Positions 30,481 through 38,532 of a stretch of DNA of 64,000 nt are shown piece by piece. The notes below the pieces were generated by a model that worked only from the letters and a program-made list of their open reading frames with translations, ran no database searches and was not told where the DNA came from. The DNA lies in NCBI GenBank assembly GCA_045546315.1, contig JAZQCN010000059.1:70494-134493 (forward strand). The letters run 5' to 3'. Made by a program: the position numbers and the translations under genes. Source of the DNA: Clostridia bacterium. Its GTDB lineage: Bacteria; Bacillota; Clostridia; UBA1381; UMGS1253. The first letter of the stretch is position 1. Each line of letters opens with the position of its first letter.

Positions 30481-30783
30481 AAAAATCGGATGCAAGGCGA
30501 GGCGGCTGTTGTGGCGTAATATGTGTATGTGTCACAGCCAATAACGAAGCATTGTGCCGTTTTTTCCTTTTGCTTAAAAAGCGAAAAATCGGATGCACAG
30601 CAAGGCGGCTGTTGTGGCGTAATATGTGTATGTGCCGCAGCCAATAACGATGCGTTGCGCCGTTTTTTCCTTTTGCTTAAAAAGTGGAAAATCGGATGCA
30701 AGGCGAGGCGGCTGTTGTGGCGTAATACGCGTGTATACGCCACAACAACAACGAAGCATTGCGCCGATTTTACCTTTTTAATC
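30481..30783. repeat. three tandem ~103-bp units, each a long imperfect palindrome
   Basis: Units at 30481..30583, 30584..30687 and 30688..30783 are about 90 percent identical by eye. Each is bracketed by AAAAATCGG ... CCG(T/A)TTTTT. Confidence 0.85.
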
Positions 30784-31404
30784 TTCTAAGGTTTCTAATT
30801 TACCCACAGATACCTCATACGCTGTTTTGGTGATGCTGTTTTCCTCGTCAATGCGCTTAACATATTCGCGCGATTGGATGCGACCCCAAAGGCGAATGTG
30901 CGTGCCGACGGTAAGCTCGCGGCAGAAGCGGGCATTACGCCCCCAAGCGATGACGGGGATATAGTCAGATTTGTTATAGGCACGATTGACGGCAACTAAG
31001 ATGTCGGCAATTTCGCGCCCGAAGGGCGTTGTGCGGTAAACGGGCAGCTTGCATATGTAGCCTTCCAGAAAGATGCGGTTCGGGTCGGCAAGGTCGGCTT
31101 CCTGCGCCGGTGCAATGTCCTTTGCAAAAACAGTCAGCACAAGGCGGCTGCCGGAGCCGGAATAGTTGTTATAGGAACGAAATTGTCCTGAAACGGTCAG
31201 CCTTGCACCGGGCAGGATTTCCACGCCTGGCAAAAACAGGCGCTCTGAAATCAAAATGTTTACCACATCGCAGGCGTCGCTGAGGCGCGCAATGCGCATA
31301 GAAAAGATATAAAACTGCTCTGCATACACCGTATGGCTGTATACAGGTGCGGTCTCCACCGTGCCGGAAACGGTTACTTGATTATTTTCGTGAAGCTCTG
31401 TCAT
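30778..31404 (-). CDS. SSB-like protein with two tandem OB-fold halves, no acidic tail
   Basis: ORF 30778..31458. Start MTELHENN at 31404 has SD GGGAGGAG. An internal duplication is visible (VTVSGTVETAPVY... / IFLEGYICKLPVY...). Confidence 0.5.
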   Translation of the reverse strand: MTELHENNQVTVSGTVETAPVYSHTVYAEQFYIFSMRIARLSDACDVVNILISERLFLPGVEILPGARLTVSGQFRSYNNYSGSGSRLVLTVFAKDIAPAQEADLADPNRIFLEGYICKLPVYRTTPFGREIADILVAVNRAYNKSDYIPVIAWGRNARFCRELTVGTHIRLWGRIQSREYVKRIDEENSITKTAYEVSVGKLETLED

Positions 31405-31539
31405 TTTCTTCTCCTCCCAAAGTTTTCTTCTGCTATGATACTGTATTCCGCAAAGCAATTATTTATGCCTAATAAAATGCCCGCAGCCTTCGTCTTTTTT
31501 GTTATTAATGGCGAAAATTTGCGGGGCACGGCAATTTAA

Positions 31540-31569
31540 TTGACAAAACACCTCTTCCACTGATATAAT
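31540..31569 (+). promoter_or_regulatory. sigma-A promoter of pflB
   Basis: TTGACA-18 nt-TATAAT. Confidence 0.55.
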
Positions 31570-31627
31570 GTAATGTGCCGTTAATGTGGGTTGTATCCCG
31601 CAGGCGGCAAGAAAGAGGCGATATACT

Positions 31628-33826
31628 ATGACAGAAACAAAAAAAATTGATGTGCGTGGATTTATCCATGACAACTACACACCCTACGACGGAGACGAAT
31701 CCTTCCTTGCACCGGCAACAGAAGCAACGAAGAAGCTTTGGGCAATTCTTTGCGAGGATATGGTGGAGGAGAAGACACGCGGCGGCGTATACGATATTGA
31801 CGCAAGTACAATTTCGACCATCGCAGCACACGCTCCGGGTTATATAGACAAGTCGCTGGAGACCATCGTCGGTTTGCAGACAGACCGTGCGCTCAAGCGC
31901 GCAATTATGCCGTTTGGCGGCATCCGTATGGTAAATACTTCTCTGGCAGCGTATAACCGCGAGCTCGACCCGCAGGTGCAGAATGTATTTAAATACCGCA
32001 AAACGCACAACGACGGCGTTTTTGATGTGTATACAGACGATATGAAGGCTGCACGCCACACCGGTATTATTACAGGCCTTCCGGACGCTTACGGCAGAGG
32101 CCGCATCATCGGCGACTATCGCCGCGTTCCGCTTTACGGCGTAGACTTTTTAATCGAGCAGAAAAAAGAAGCGAAAAAGGCTTTGGAAAACCGCGCTATG
32201 AGCGAAGAAGTTATGCGTGACCGCGAAGAGCTTTCCGAGCAAATCCGTTCTCTTGCGGAATTAAAGGAAATGGCTGAAAAGTACGGCTTCGATATTTCCA
32301 AGCCGGCTACCGATACAAAAGAAGCAATTCAGTGGCTGTATTTTGCGTACCTTGCAGCTGTGAAGGAGCAAAACGGTGCGGCAATGTCTATCGGCAGAAT
32401 TTCCACCTTCCTTGATATTTATGCAACCAAGGATTTAGAGGACGGCAAATATACAGAAAGCGAAATTCAGGAAATGGTTGACCATTTCGTTATGAAGTTG
32501 CGTATTGTGCGCTTCCTGCGTACACCGGCTTATGACGAGCTGTTCTCCGGCGACCCGACCTGGATTACGGAATCCATCGGCGGTATCGGCGAGGACGGCA
32601 GACATATGGTTACAAAGATGTCTTACCGCTTCCTGCACACCTTAACCAACCTCGGTCCGGCACCGGAACCGAATATGACTGTGCTCTGGAGCATCAATTT
32701 ACCGTACACCTTCAAGCGCTACTGCGCGCGCGTTTCGGCAAGAACCTCCGCCATACAGTACGAAAACGATGACTTAATGCGCGAGAAATTCGGCGACGAC
32801 TACGGTATCGCTTGCTGCGTATCCGCAATGCGTATCGGTAAGCAAATGCAGTTCTTCGGCGCAAGAGCAAACCTTGCAAAGGCGCTCTTGTATTCGATTA
32901 ACGGCGGCAGGGACGAGCGCTACGGCACGCAGGTTGCGCCGAAAACCGATTTGCCGCAGGGCGAGTATCTGGATTATGAGGATGTATATAAGAGATTCAT
33001 TCAGACCTGCGACTGGCTCGCAAGACTGTATGTAAATACATTAAGCGTTATCCATTATATGCACGATAAGTATTGCTATGAAAAGCTGGAAATGGCACTG
33101 CACGACGAAGAAATTTTGCGCACCTGTGCAGGCGGTATTGCAGGCTTATCTGTAGTAGCAGACAGCTTGTCAGCAATTAAATATGCAAAGGTAAAGCCGA
33201 TTCGTAATGAAGAAGGCATTGCCGTTGATTTTGAAATCGAGGGCGACTATCCGAAATTCGGTAACGATGACGAGCGCGTTGATACAATTGCGACCGGCAT
33301 TGTGAAAATGTTTATGGAAAAGCTTGCAGCACAGCAGACCTATCGAAAGAGCGTTCCGACTATGTCAATTCTGACGATTACCTCCAATGTGGTATACGGC
33401 AAAAAGACCGGCTCCACACCGGACGGCAGAAAGCTCGGCGAGCCTTTTGCACCGGGCGCAAACCCGATGCACGGCCGCGATACAAGCGGTTGCGTTGCTT
33501 CGATGATGTCGGTTGCAAAGCTGCCGTATGACGATTCGGAGGACGGTATTTCCTACACCTTCTCGATTATTCCGGATGCCCTCGGCAAGACGGAAAACGA
33601 GCAGGAGGAAAACTTAATCAGCCTGCTGGACGGCTATTTCGTTGAAAAGGGTCACCACATCAATGTAAATGTATTAAACCGCGAGACGCTCTATGATGCA
33701 ATGGAGCATCCGGAAAAATACCCGCAGCTGACCATTCGAGTTTCCGGCTATGCAGTCAACTTCGTAAAGCTGACCAGAGAGCAGCAGCTCGATGTTATCA
33801 GCAGAACCTTCCACGACAGATTCTGA
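31628..33826 (+). CDS. pflB: formate C-acetyltransferase (pyruvate formate-lyase)
   Basis: Start [13 protein letters not shown] at 31628. Glycyl-radical motif RVSGYAVNF at the C-terminus. About 732 aa. Confidence 0.95.
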   Translation: MTETKKIDVRGFIHDNYTPYDGDESFLAPATEATKKLWAILCEDMVEEKTRGGVYDIDASTISTIAAHAPGYIDKSLETIVGLQTDRALKRAIMPFGGIRMVNTSLAAYNRELDPQVQNVFKYRKTHNDGVFDVYTDDMKAARHTGIITGLPDAYGRGRIIGDYRRVPLYGVDFLIEQKKEAKKALENRAMSEEVMRDREELSEQIRSLAELKEMAEKYGFDISKPATDTKEAIQWLYFAYLAAVKEQNGAAMSIGRISTFLDIYATKDLEDGKYTESEIQEMVDHFVMKLRIVRFLRTPAYDELFSGDPTWITESIGGIGEDGRHMVTKMSYRFLHTLTNLGPAPEPNMTVLWSINLPYTFKRYCARVSARTSAIQYENDDLMREKFGDDYGIACCVSAMRIGKQMQFFGARANLAKALLYSINGGRDERYGTQVAPKTDLPQGEYLDYEDVYKRFIQTCDWLARLYVNTLSVIHYMHDKYCYEKLEMALHDEEILRTCAGGIAGLSVVADSLSAIKYAKVKPIRNEEGIAVDFEIEGDYPKFGNDDERVDTIATGIVKMFMEKLAAQQTYRKSVPTMSILTITSNVVYGKKTGSTPDGRKLGEPFAPGANPMHGRDTSGCVASMMSVAKLPYDDSEDGISYTFSIIPDALGKTENEQEENLISLLDGYFVEKGHHINVNVLNRETLYDAMEHPEKYPQLTIRVSGYAVNFVKLTREQQLDVISRTFHDRF

Positions 33827-33841
33827 TAAACATAAATAACG

Positions 33842-33870
33842 GGGGTGCTGAATGCACCCCTTGTTTATTT
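33842..33870 (+). terminator. pflB-pflA intergenic hairpin (partial terminator or processing site)
   Basis: GGGGTGC-TGAAT-GCACCCC followed by TTGTTTATTT. Confidence 0.4.
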
Positions 33871-33883
33871 AGGAGAGACCACT

Positions 33884-34606
33884 ATGGAAAATGTTATCGG
33901 TTATATCCATCAGCGCGAAACCTTCGGCGCCGTTGACGGACCGGGGGTGCGCTATGTCCTGTTTTTGCAGGGCTGTCCGCTGCATTGCCTGTATTGTCAC
34001 AATCCGGACAGTATTCCCGCGCGCAAAGGCAAGACAGCAAGCGTTTCAGAAGTGCTGCAGGATATTAGGCATTATAAAAATTTCATAAAAGACGGCGGCG
34101 TAACGCTCTCCGGCGGTGAGCCAATGCTGCAGCCGGACTTTACCATAGCGCTTTTAGAGGCCTGCCGTGAAGAAGGCTTGCACACTGCAGTCGACACCTC
34201 CGGCTTCGCACCGAAGTCCGTGCAGGAAAGAATTGCTGATGCTGCCGATTTGATTTTGCTTGATATAAAATCCATTGATACAGAAGTTTGCCGTAAAATT
34301 ACCGGTCATGGTAATGCACGCGCACTCGCGATGCTGGATTATTGTGAATTGAGCTGTAAGCCGGTATGGATTCGACATGTAGTCGTTCCCGGACTCACAT
34401 TAGACACAGAAATGCTGACCGCACTTGCGGAGCATATACGCCATTATAAATGTGTTGAATGTGTGGAGCTGTTGCCGTTTCATAAAATGGGTGAGCATAA
34501 GTGGGAAAAAGGCACATACACACTGGAGAATACCCCTGTTCCCACCGTACAGGAAATGGCGCAGGTACGACGCATTTTTACGGAACGCGGATTGAAAGTA
34601 CATTAA
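33884..34606 (+). CDS. pflA: pyruvate formate-lyase activating enzyme
   Basis: MENVIGYIHQRETFGAVDGPGVRYVLFLQGCPLHCLYCHNPD is the PflA radical-SAM N-terminus. Confidence 0.9.
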   Translation: MENVIGYIHQRETFGAVDGPGVRYVLFLQGCPLHCLYCHNPDSIPARKGKTASVSEVLQDIRHYKNFIKDGGVTLSGGEPMLQPDFTIALLEACREEGLHTAVDTSGFAPKSVQERIADAADLILLDIKSIDTEVCRKITGHGNARALAMLDYCELSCKPVWIRHVVVPGLTLDTEMLTALAEHIRHYKCVECVELLPFHKMGEHKWEKGTYTLENTPVPTVQEMAQVRRIFTERGLKVH

Positions 34607-34620
34607 TGTTTTGTATATAG

Positions 34621-34657
34621 AAAAAGCAAGGGTAATCACCCTTGCTTTATTTTTTTA
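34621..34657 (+). terminator. intrinsic terminator of pflBA
   Basis: AAGCAAGGGT-AATC-ACCCTTGCTT followed by a T-run. Confidence 0.75.
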
Positions 34658-34661
34658 TTTA

Positions 34662-34690
34662 CGGCGCGGCACACAGGCACGCGCCCTACG
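34662..34690 (-). repeat. REP-like element (GTAG plus GC hairpin), copy 1 of a perfect 29-bp direct repeat
   Basis: CGGCGCGGCACACAGGCACGCGCCCTACG is identical to 38207..38235. The minus strand reads CGTAGGGCGCG...CGCGCC. Confidence 0.6.
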
Positions 34691-34733
34691 GTGTTGATTT
34701 AAATTTCAATTTAATTAAAACATCCGCAAACGC

Positions 34734-34775
34734 AAAAACGGTACCCACCGAGGTGGGTACCGCGTTTTGTTTTTT
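34734..34775. terminator. bidirectional intrinsic terminator after the S-layer-type gene
   Basis: CGGTACCCACC-GA-GGTGGGTACCG flanked by A5 and T-runs. Confidence 0.7.
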
Positions 34776-34805
34776 AGAAGCTATGCTTCAGACTCGAAGT
34801 TTAAA

Positions 34806-37800
34806 TTACTTCGTGTACTTCGGCATATCGTTCTCGTAGTTGATTACATATACATCAACAACTTCATCATTGTAGAGTCTGATGATTGCATAGTAAAGCT
34901 TTGTATCAGCAGCATTACCAGCACCAGTCTCGATGTTACCGTTGTCAAGTGCGATGTACTCAGAAGCAAGAACGGAATCAGCTGTGGAAGCGTACAACTT
35001 GGTCTTAGCCTTGTTGTTGTAAACTACAACATTTGCAGTTTCCGGAACCATGTATACATAGTCGGAACCAGCTACATCAGCGTTAACTGCGAGCTTAACC
35101 TTCAGACCACCTTCTACAGAATCAACAGTAGCGATGATACCAGCCATTACTTCGTTGTCAGCTTCGTAAGCTGTCTCGTAGGTGTACATGTAGTCGTCAC
35201 CTGCGGAACCGATAACTGCAGCTTCAAATACATCGAATGTAGCTTCGCTCGGAGCGCCAGTCAATACAGTATTTTCAACATCAGCAACCTTAGAAGCAAT
35301 CTTAGTTACATTCTCCATAAGGTTAGCATCGTCAGCTACGCTGTAGATGAATACATCACCTTCTGTGAGACCAGCAACTACAGAAGAGGAAGCTTCGCTA
35401 TCGAGAACGAACATTGTCTTCTCTTCGCCGCCCTGGATGTAGTAAACCTTTACAGCATCTTCATCATCATCACCGTATGTGGTTGTGCGTGCTTCCTTGA
35501 AGTATGCGAATGCAGCTTCGGAATCAGCAGCCATTGTACCGCTTGTGATGAGAGCTACGTTGTATGTGCCGTTAGCGTTGTAGCCATAGAATGCTACATC
35601 GTATTCCTTCTCGTTAACGAGAGTTGCAGCGTCTACAACCTTCCAATCAGCGAACTCAGCAGCCGGCTCGATCATGAATACCTTAGCGCCTTCAGCCAGA
35701 GTCTTGGAAGCCTTGAACTTGTTAGTAGCAGAGATCCATTCCTTTGTAGCAGTCGGAACTACACCAAAGTCATTTTCGTCTGCGTTGTTGCCGTTCGGCA
35801 GGTAAATCTTTGTAAGCTCTGTGCCACTTACATCGTAAGCGATGAGCTTTTCTGTTGCTGTACCGTTAGCAACGAGATCCTCGATGATTTCAACCGGGCT
35901 CATTTCATAACCTGTGTAATCACCAGCTACGCCACCAAAGATAACAGCCATTTCAGCATCTGTGTACTTTGTTGCAGCCTTCTTATCAGCAGTCTGAACG
36001 CCGTTGATTTCGATTCTGTCAGCTACATCGTATGTTACATCTTCACCTGCTGCAGTGAACATTCTGAGGGACTTATCACCGAAGGAAGAAGTACCTACTT
36101 TGTAAACATAAGCATAATCATTGCTCATTGTTGTTGTAGTATCGGAGTAAACGATAACGCCAGTGGATGTGAGGTAGAATTTACCTTCATCGCCCGGTGC
36201 CGGGAAGTTAGTAACAAATGCCGAAGCACCGAATACTTCGTATTCTTCGTCGCCGATTTCAACGAGGTTATCGCTGTTTACGCCGGACTTAACCTTACCC
36301 TCTACAACGTTTCTTGTAGCGTGGATTTCAACGAATGTCGGGTTAGACAGACCGTTGGAAGCAATAAGAACTACGTCATTCTTCTGGAGGTCTGTGAGCT
36401 CTGCAGCTTCACCGTTGATTGTAACTGTGAGTTCCTTCATGTTCTCAACAGCGTCCTCATTGAGAGCGATGCTGCGAGTCGGATGAAGTGTGTTAACAGT
36501 TGTGCTGTTCTGGCCCTTCAGACGGAGTGTCATAGAGCTTGCTACAACAGAATCAACAACTGCGATGTCGTAGGACTTAACAACGAAGAGATCATACTCG
36601 CCGTCATTGTTGGTGTCGATAACCTTGATTGTACCAGCGTAAGCCGGGATCAAAGCGTTTGTAGCTGCAACCGGTGCACCATTGTTGATGATAGCGATTG
36701 CACCGTCAGCGATGTCGATAACGGTCGGGCGCTTGTCATCATGGTCAGCGTTGCTCCAGTAGGAGAATACACCTGTGGAAGAACCATTGTCGATGTTCAT
36801 TTCTTCGTCAGCGTCAACGTCCGGAGCTGTCTCGTCGCAGAGTACGTCGAGGTCTTCGAATACGATTTCCTTTGTCTTTGTTGTCTTAGCAACAACAGCG
36901 ATTACATCATATTCGCCATCTTCGTTCTCACCGAGGTAAGCGTTGGATGCATAGTAAGCTAAATCAGCTGCGGATGCATCTGCGCAGTAATAATCGTTGA
37001 GAGCGTATACAACCGGGTCACCTGTGCCAACGAGCTCAAGAGCCTTGATTGTGTTCGCATCAATCTTGGAGATGCTGTAATCGATTTCGCCTTCGTCCAT
37101 TGTCGGATCGTTCTTGAAGGAGTTAACAACCATACCTTCTACACGGTATACGCCGAGCTTGTTGTTGAGGAGGTTCTTTGCAACCGGCTCATACTTAGCT
37201 TCTGTACCGTAGGTAACTCTTTCCATCAGGTTAACTTCGAGAGCGTTGTATGCGAGCATAGCGATGTCGCTTCTCTTAGCCGGAGCTGTGGAATCTGTGA
37301 TTGTAACCTTGTTTGTGAGCTTGAGGTCTGCAGCTACCATCATGTAACCAGCCGGGTAACCGCCCTGGTCTTCAGCCATGTATGTGTAGCCGAGTGCAGC
37401 AACGATCAGCTTAATAGCCTGCTCGTATGTAACGTTATCTTCCGGACCGAAAGCGGTATCGCTGTAGCCGTTGATAATGCCCAAACCTGCTGCGTATGCA
37501 ACGTAACCCGATGCCCAATGATCAGCTGTTACGTCGTCAAACTTTGTAGCAACCTGGCCAGCTGTGCTCTTTGCAATCAATGCGCAGAGGATCTTAGCCA
37601 TTTCTGCTCTTGTTACGTTCTGGTCCGGATTGAAGTTACCCTTGTCATCACCGTTGATGATGTTAAGAGCGGACAGAACCTTTACTGCTTCTGCGTACTT
37701 AGCTGTGCTTGCTACGTCCGGGAACTGCATAACCGCTGCGGATGCAACTACACCGAAAACCATAACACAAGCAACAACAAGTGCCAACAGTTTCTTGAGA

Positions 37801-37808
37801 TTTTTCAT
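34806..37808 (-). CDS. S-layer-type surface protein, N-terminal signal peptide plus three SLH domains
   Basis: 1000 aa. MKNLKKLLALVVACVMVFGVVASA signal. SLH repeats (FPDV...NIINGDDKGNFNPDQNVTRAEMAKIL; FDDV...INGYSDTAFGPEDNVTYEQAIKLI). Strong promoter, strong RBS, biased codon usage. Confidence 0.85.
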   Translation of the reverse strand: MKNLKKLLALVVACVMVFGVVASAAVMQFPDVASTAKYAEAVKVLSALNIINGDDKGNFNPDQNVTRAEMAKILCALIAKSTAGQVATKFDDVTADHWASGYVAYAAGLGIINGYSDTAFGPEDNVTYEQAIKLIVAALGYTYMAEDQGGYPAGYMMVAADLKLTNKVTITDSTAPAKRSDIAMLAYNALEVNLMERVTYGTEAKYEPVAKNLLNNKLGVYRVEGMVVNSFKNDPTMDEGEIDYSISKIDANTIKALELVGTGDPVVYALNDYYCADASAADLAYYASNAYLGENEDGEYDVIAVVAKTTKTKEIVFEDLDVLCDETAPDVDADEEMNIDNGSSTGVFSYWSNADHDDKRPTVIDIADGAIAIINNGAPVAATNALIPAYAGTIKVIDTNNDGEYDLFVVKSYDIAVVDSVVASSMTLRLKGQNSTTVNTLHPTRSIALNEDAVENMKELTVTINGEAAELTDLQKNDVVLIASNGLSNPTFVEIHATRNVVEGKVKSGVNSDNLVEIGDEEYEVFGASAFVTNFPAPGDEGKFYLTSTGVIVYSDTTTTMSNDYAYVYKVGTSSFGDKSLRMFTAAGEDVTYDVADRIEINGVQTADKKAATKYTDAEMAVIFGGVAGDYTGYEMSPVEIIEDLVANGTATEKLIAYDVSGTELTKIYLPNGNNADENDFGVVPTATKEWISATNKFKASKTLAEGAKVFMIEPAAEFADWKVVDAATLVNEKEYDVAFYGYNANGTYNVALITSGTMAADSEAAFAYFKEARTTTYGDDDEDAVKVYYIQGGEEKTMFVLDSEASSSVVAGLTEGDVFIYSVADDANLMENVTKIASKVADVENTVLTGAPSEATFDVFEAAVIGSAGDDYMYTYETAYEADNEVMAGIIATVDSVEGGLKVKLAVNADVAGSDYVYMVPETANVVVYNNKAKTKLYASTADSVLASEYIALDNGNIETGAGNAADTKLYYAIIRLYNDEVVDVYVINYENDMPKYTK

Positions 37809-37858
37809 ATCTCAATTCCTCCCTTAAAAAAAATTTTTTTGTTGAAAGAGTGTTGTGT

Positions 37859-37928
37859 CTTAGCAGGCCGCGGTCACCCTCTTTCACTGCGACCCGCCCG
37901 ACGGCAACAGGGGCACTGATGCCCTAAG
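37859..37928 (-). promoter_or_regulatory. structured GC-rich element in the S-layer mRNA 5' leader with an SD-like loop
   Basis: Minus-strand RNA: CUUAG[GGCA-UCAG-UGCC]...[GCGGGUCGC-AGUGAAAGAGG-GUGACCGC]...CUAAG. The loop plus 3' arm reads GAAAGAGGGUGA. Confidence 0.4.
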
Positions 37929-37944
37929 TTGTCTTCTTGCATTG

Positions 37945-37973
37945 ATTATAACATCCCAAAATTATGTAGTCAA
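37945..37973 (-). promoter_or_regulatory. sigma-A promoter of the S-layer-type gene
   Basis: Minus strand TTGACT-17 nt-TATAAT with a TGT extended -10. About 130-nt leader. Confidence 0.65.
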
Positions 37974-38112
37974 TGCAGTTAATACAGTTGTAATATAACT
38001 GTAAAATTAGTAATTTGCCTGTATTATTGCGCCTTTCAGCGCAGCACTGCAGGCACATTACAGACTATTTTCACGCACGCGCAAATGCGCATACGGTGGG
38101 ATCATAAAGTAA

Positions 38113-38200
38113 ATGAAGTGCAAGCTTTGCTTGCATGAAGCGTTGCCTTTGGCAACATGATGTGCGCTTTGCTTACAAATGCATGTGGTATGCTTCTGCC
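38113..38200. repeat. array of four ~22-nt units with short GC stem-loops
   Basis: ATGAAGTGCAAGCTTTGCTTGC / ATGAAGCGTTGCCTTTGGCAAC / ATGATGTGCGCTTTGCTTACAA / ATGCATGTGGTATGCTTCTGCC. Confidence 0.5.
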
Positions 38201-38206
38201 ATATTC

Positions 38207-38235
38207 CGGCGCGGCACACAGGCACGCGCCCTACG
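38207..38235 (-). repeat. REP-like element, copy 2 of the perfect 29-bp direct repeat
   Basis: Identical to 34662..34690. Confidence 0.6.
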
Positions 38236-38256
38236 AAGCCACTTTAAATTTTGTGT

Positions 38257-38282
38257 GTAGGGAACGACCTACGTGTCGTTCC
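38257..38282 (+). repeat. REP-like element (GTAGG plus perfect 8-bp hairpin), head-to-head with 38207..38235
   Basis: GTAG-GGAACGAC-CTACGT-GTCGTTCC. Confidence 0.55.
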
Positions 38283-38461
38283 GTTCCTTCATCCATCCCT
38301 TATATTATATAAGGAAGAAACTCCGTTTGAAGAAAAAATCTCTCCAAGCGACAGCGCCACTTACCTATTATATACACGCAAATCTTCTTTTGTCAATGCC
38401 TAATTTTTCTTTTTTGGACTTTTTTTATAAATAATTCGTCTTATTTTGCACCGCAATCCTC

Positions 38462-38490
38462 TTGCATTCCGCTTTTGCATGTGCTAAAAT
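38462..38490 (+). promoter_or_regulatory. sigma-A promoter of the nucleotidyltransferase-VanW pair
   Basis: TTGCAT-17 nt-TAAAAT. Confidence 0.55.
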
Positions 38491-38532
38491 GAGTTTGTTC
38501 CTAATATATAGTATAAAAGGAGTTTTTGAATT

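Noticed and set aside
30481-30783. Possible CRISPR array
   Set aside because: The units are ~103 bp and directly abutting, with no unique spacers. There are no cas genes in the window. The architecture is long-hairpin tandem duplication.
31459-31627. ZTP (pfl motif) or other riboswitch upstream of pflB
   Set aside because: The promoter at 31540-31569 leaves only a ~50-nt leader. I could not find the GGGUCGUGAC...CCGCCUGGGC-type pfl-motif core.
34767-36962. 731-aa Cys/Val/Ser-rich ORF on the plus strand
   Set aside because: It is exactly antisense to the S-layer-type gene. The sense gene avoids TTA, CTA and TCA codons, so the codon-aligned antisense frame lacks stops. Abundant sense GCA/ACA/AAC/GAC codons give antisense Cys and Val. 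There is no RBS or promoter.
37938-37977. Invertible (phase-variable) S-layer promoter
   Set aside because: The inverted repeats are only 8 bp, with 24 bp between them, and no recombinase gene is nearby. It is kept only as a possible operator (see findings).
38113-38157. Mini-ORF ATG AAG TGC ... (MKCKLCLHEALPLAT)
   Set aside because: There is no SD. The 22-nt periodicity of the region is not a multiple of three, and the sequence is better explained as stem-loops.
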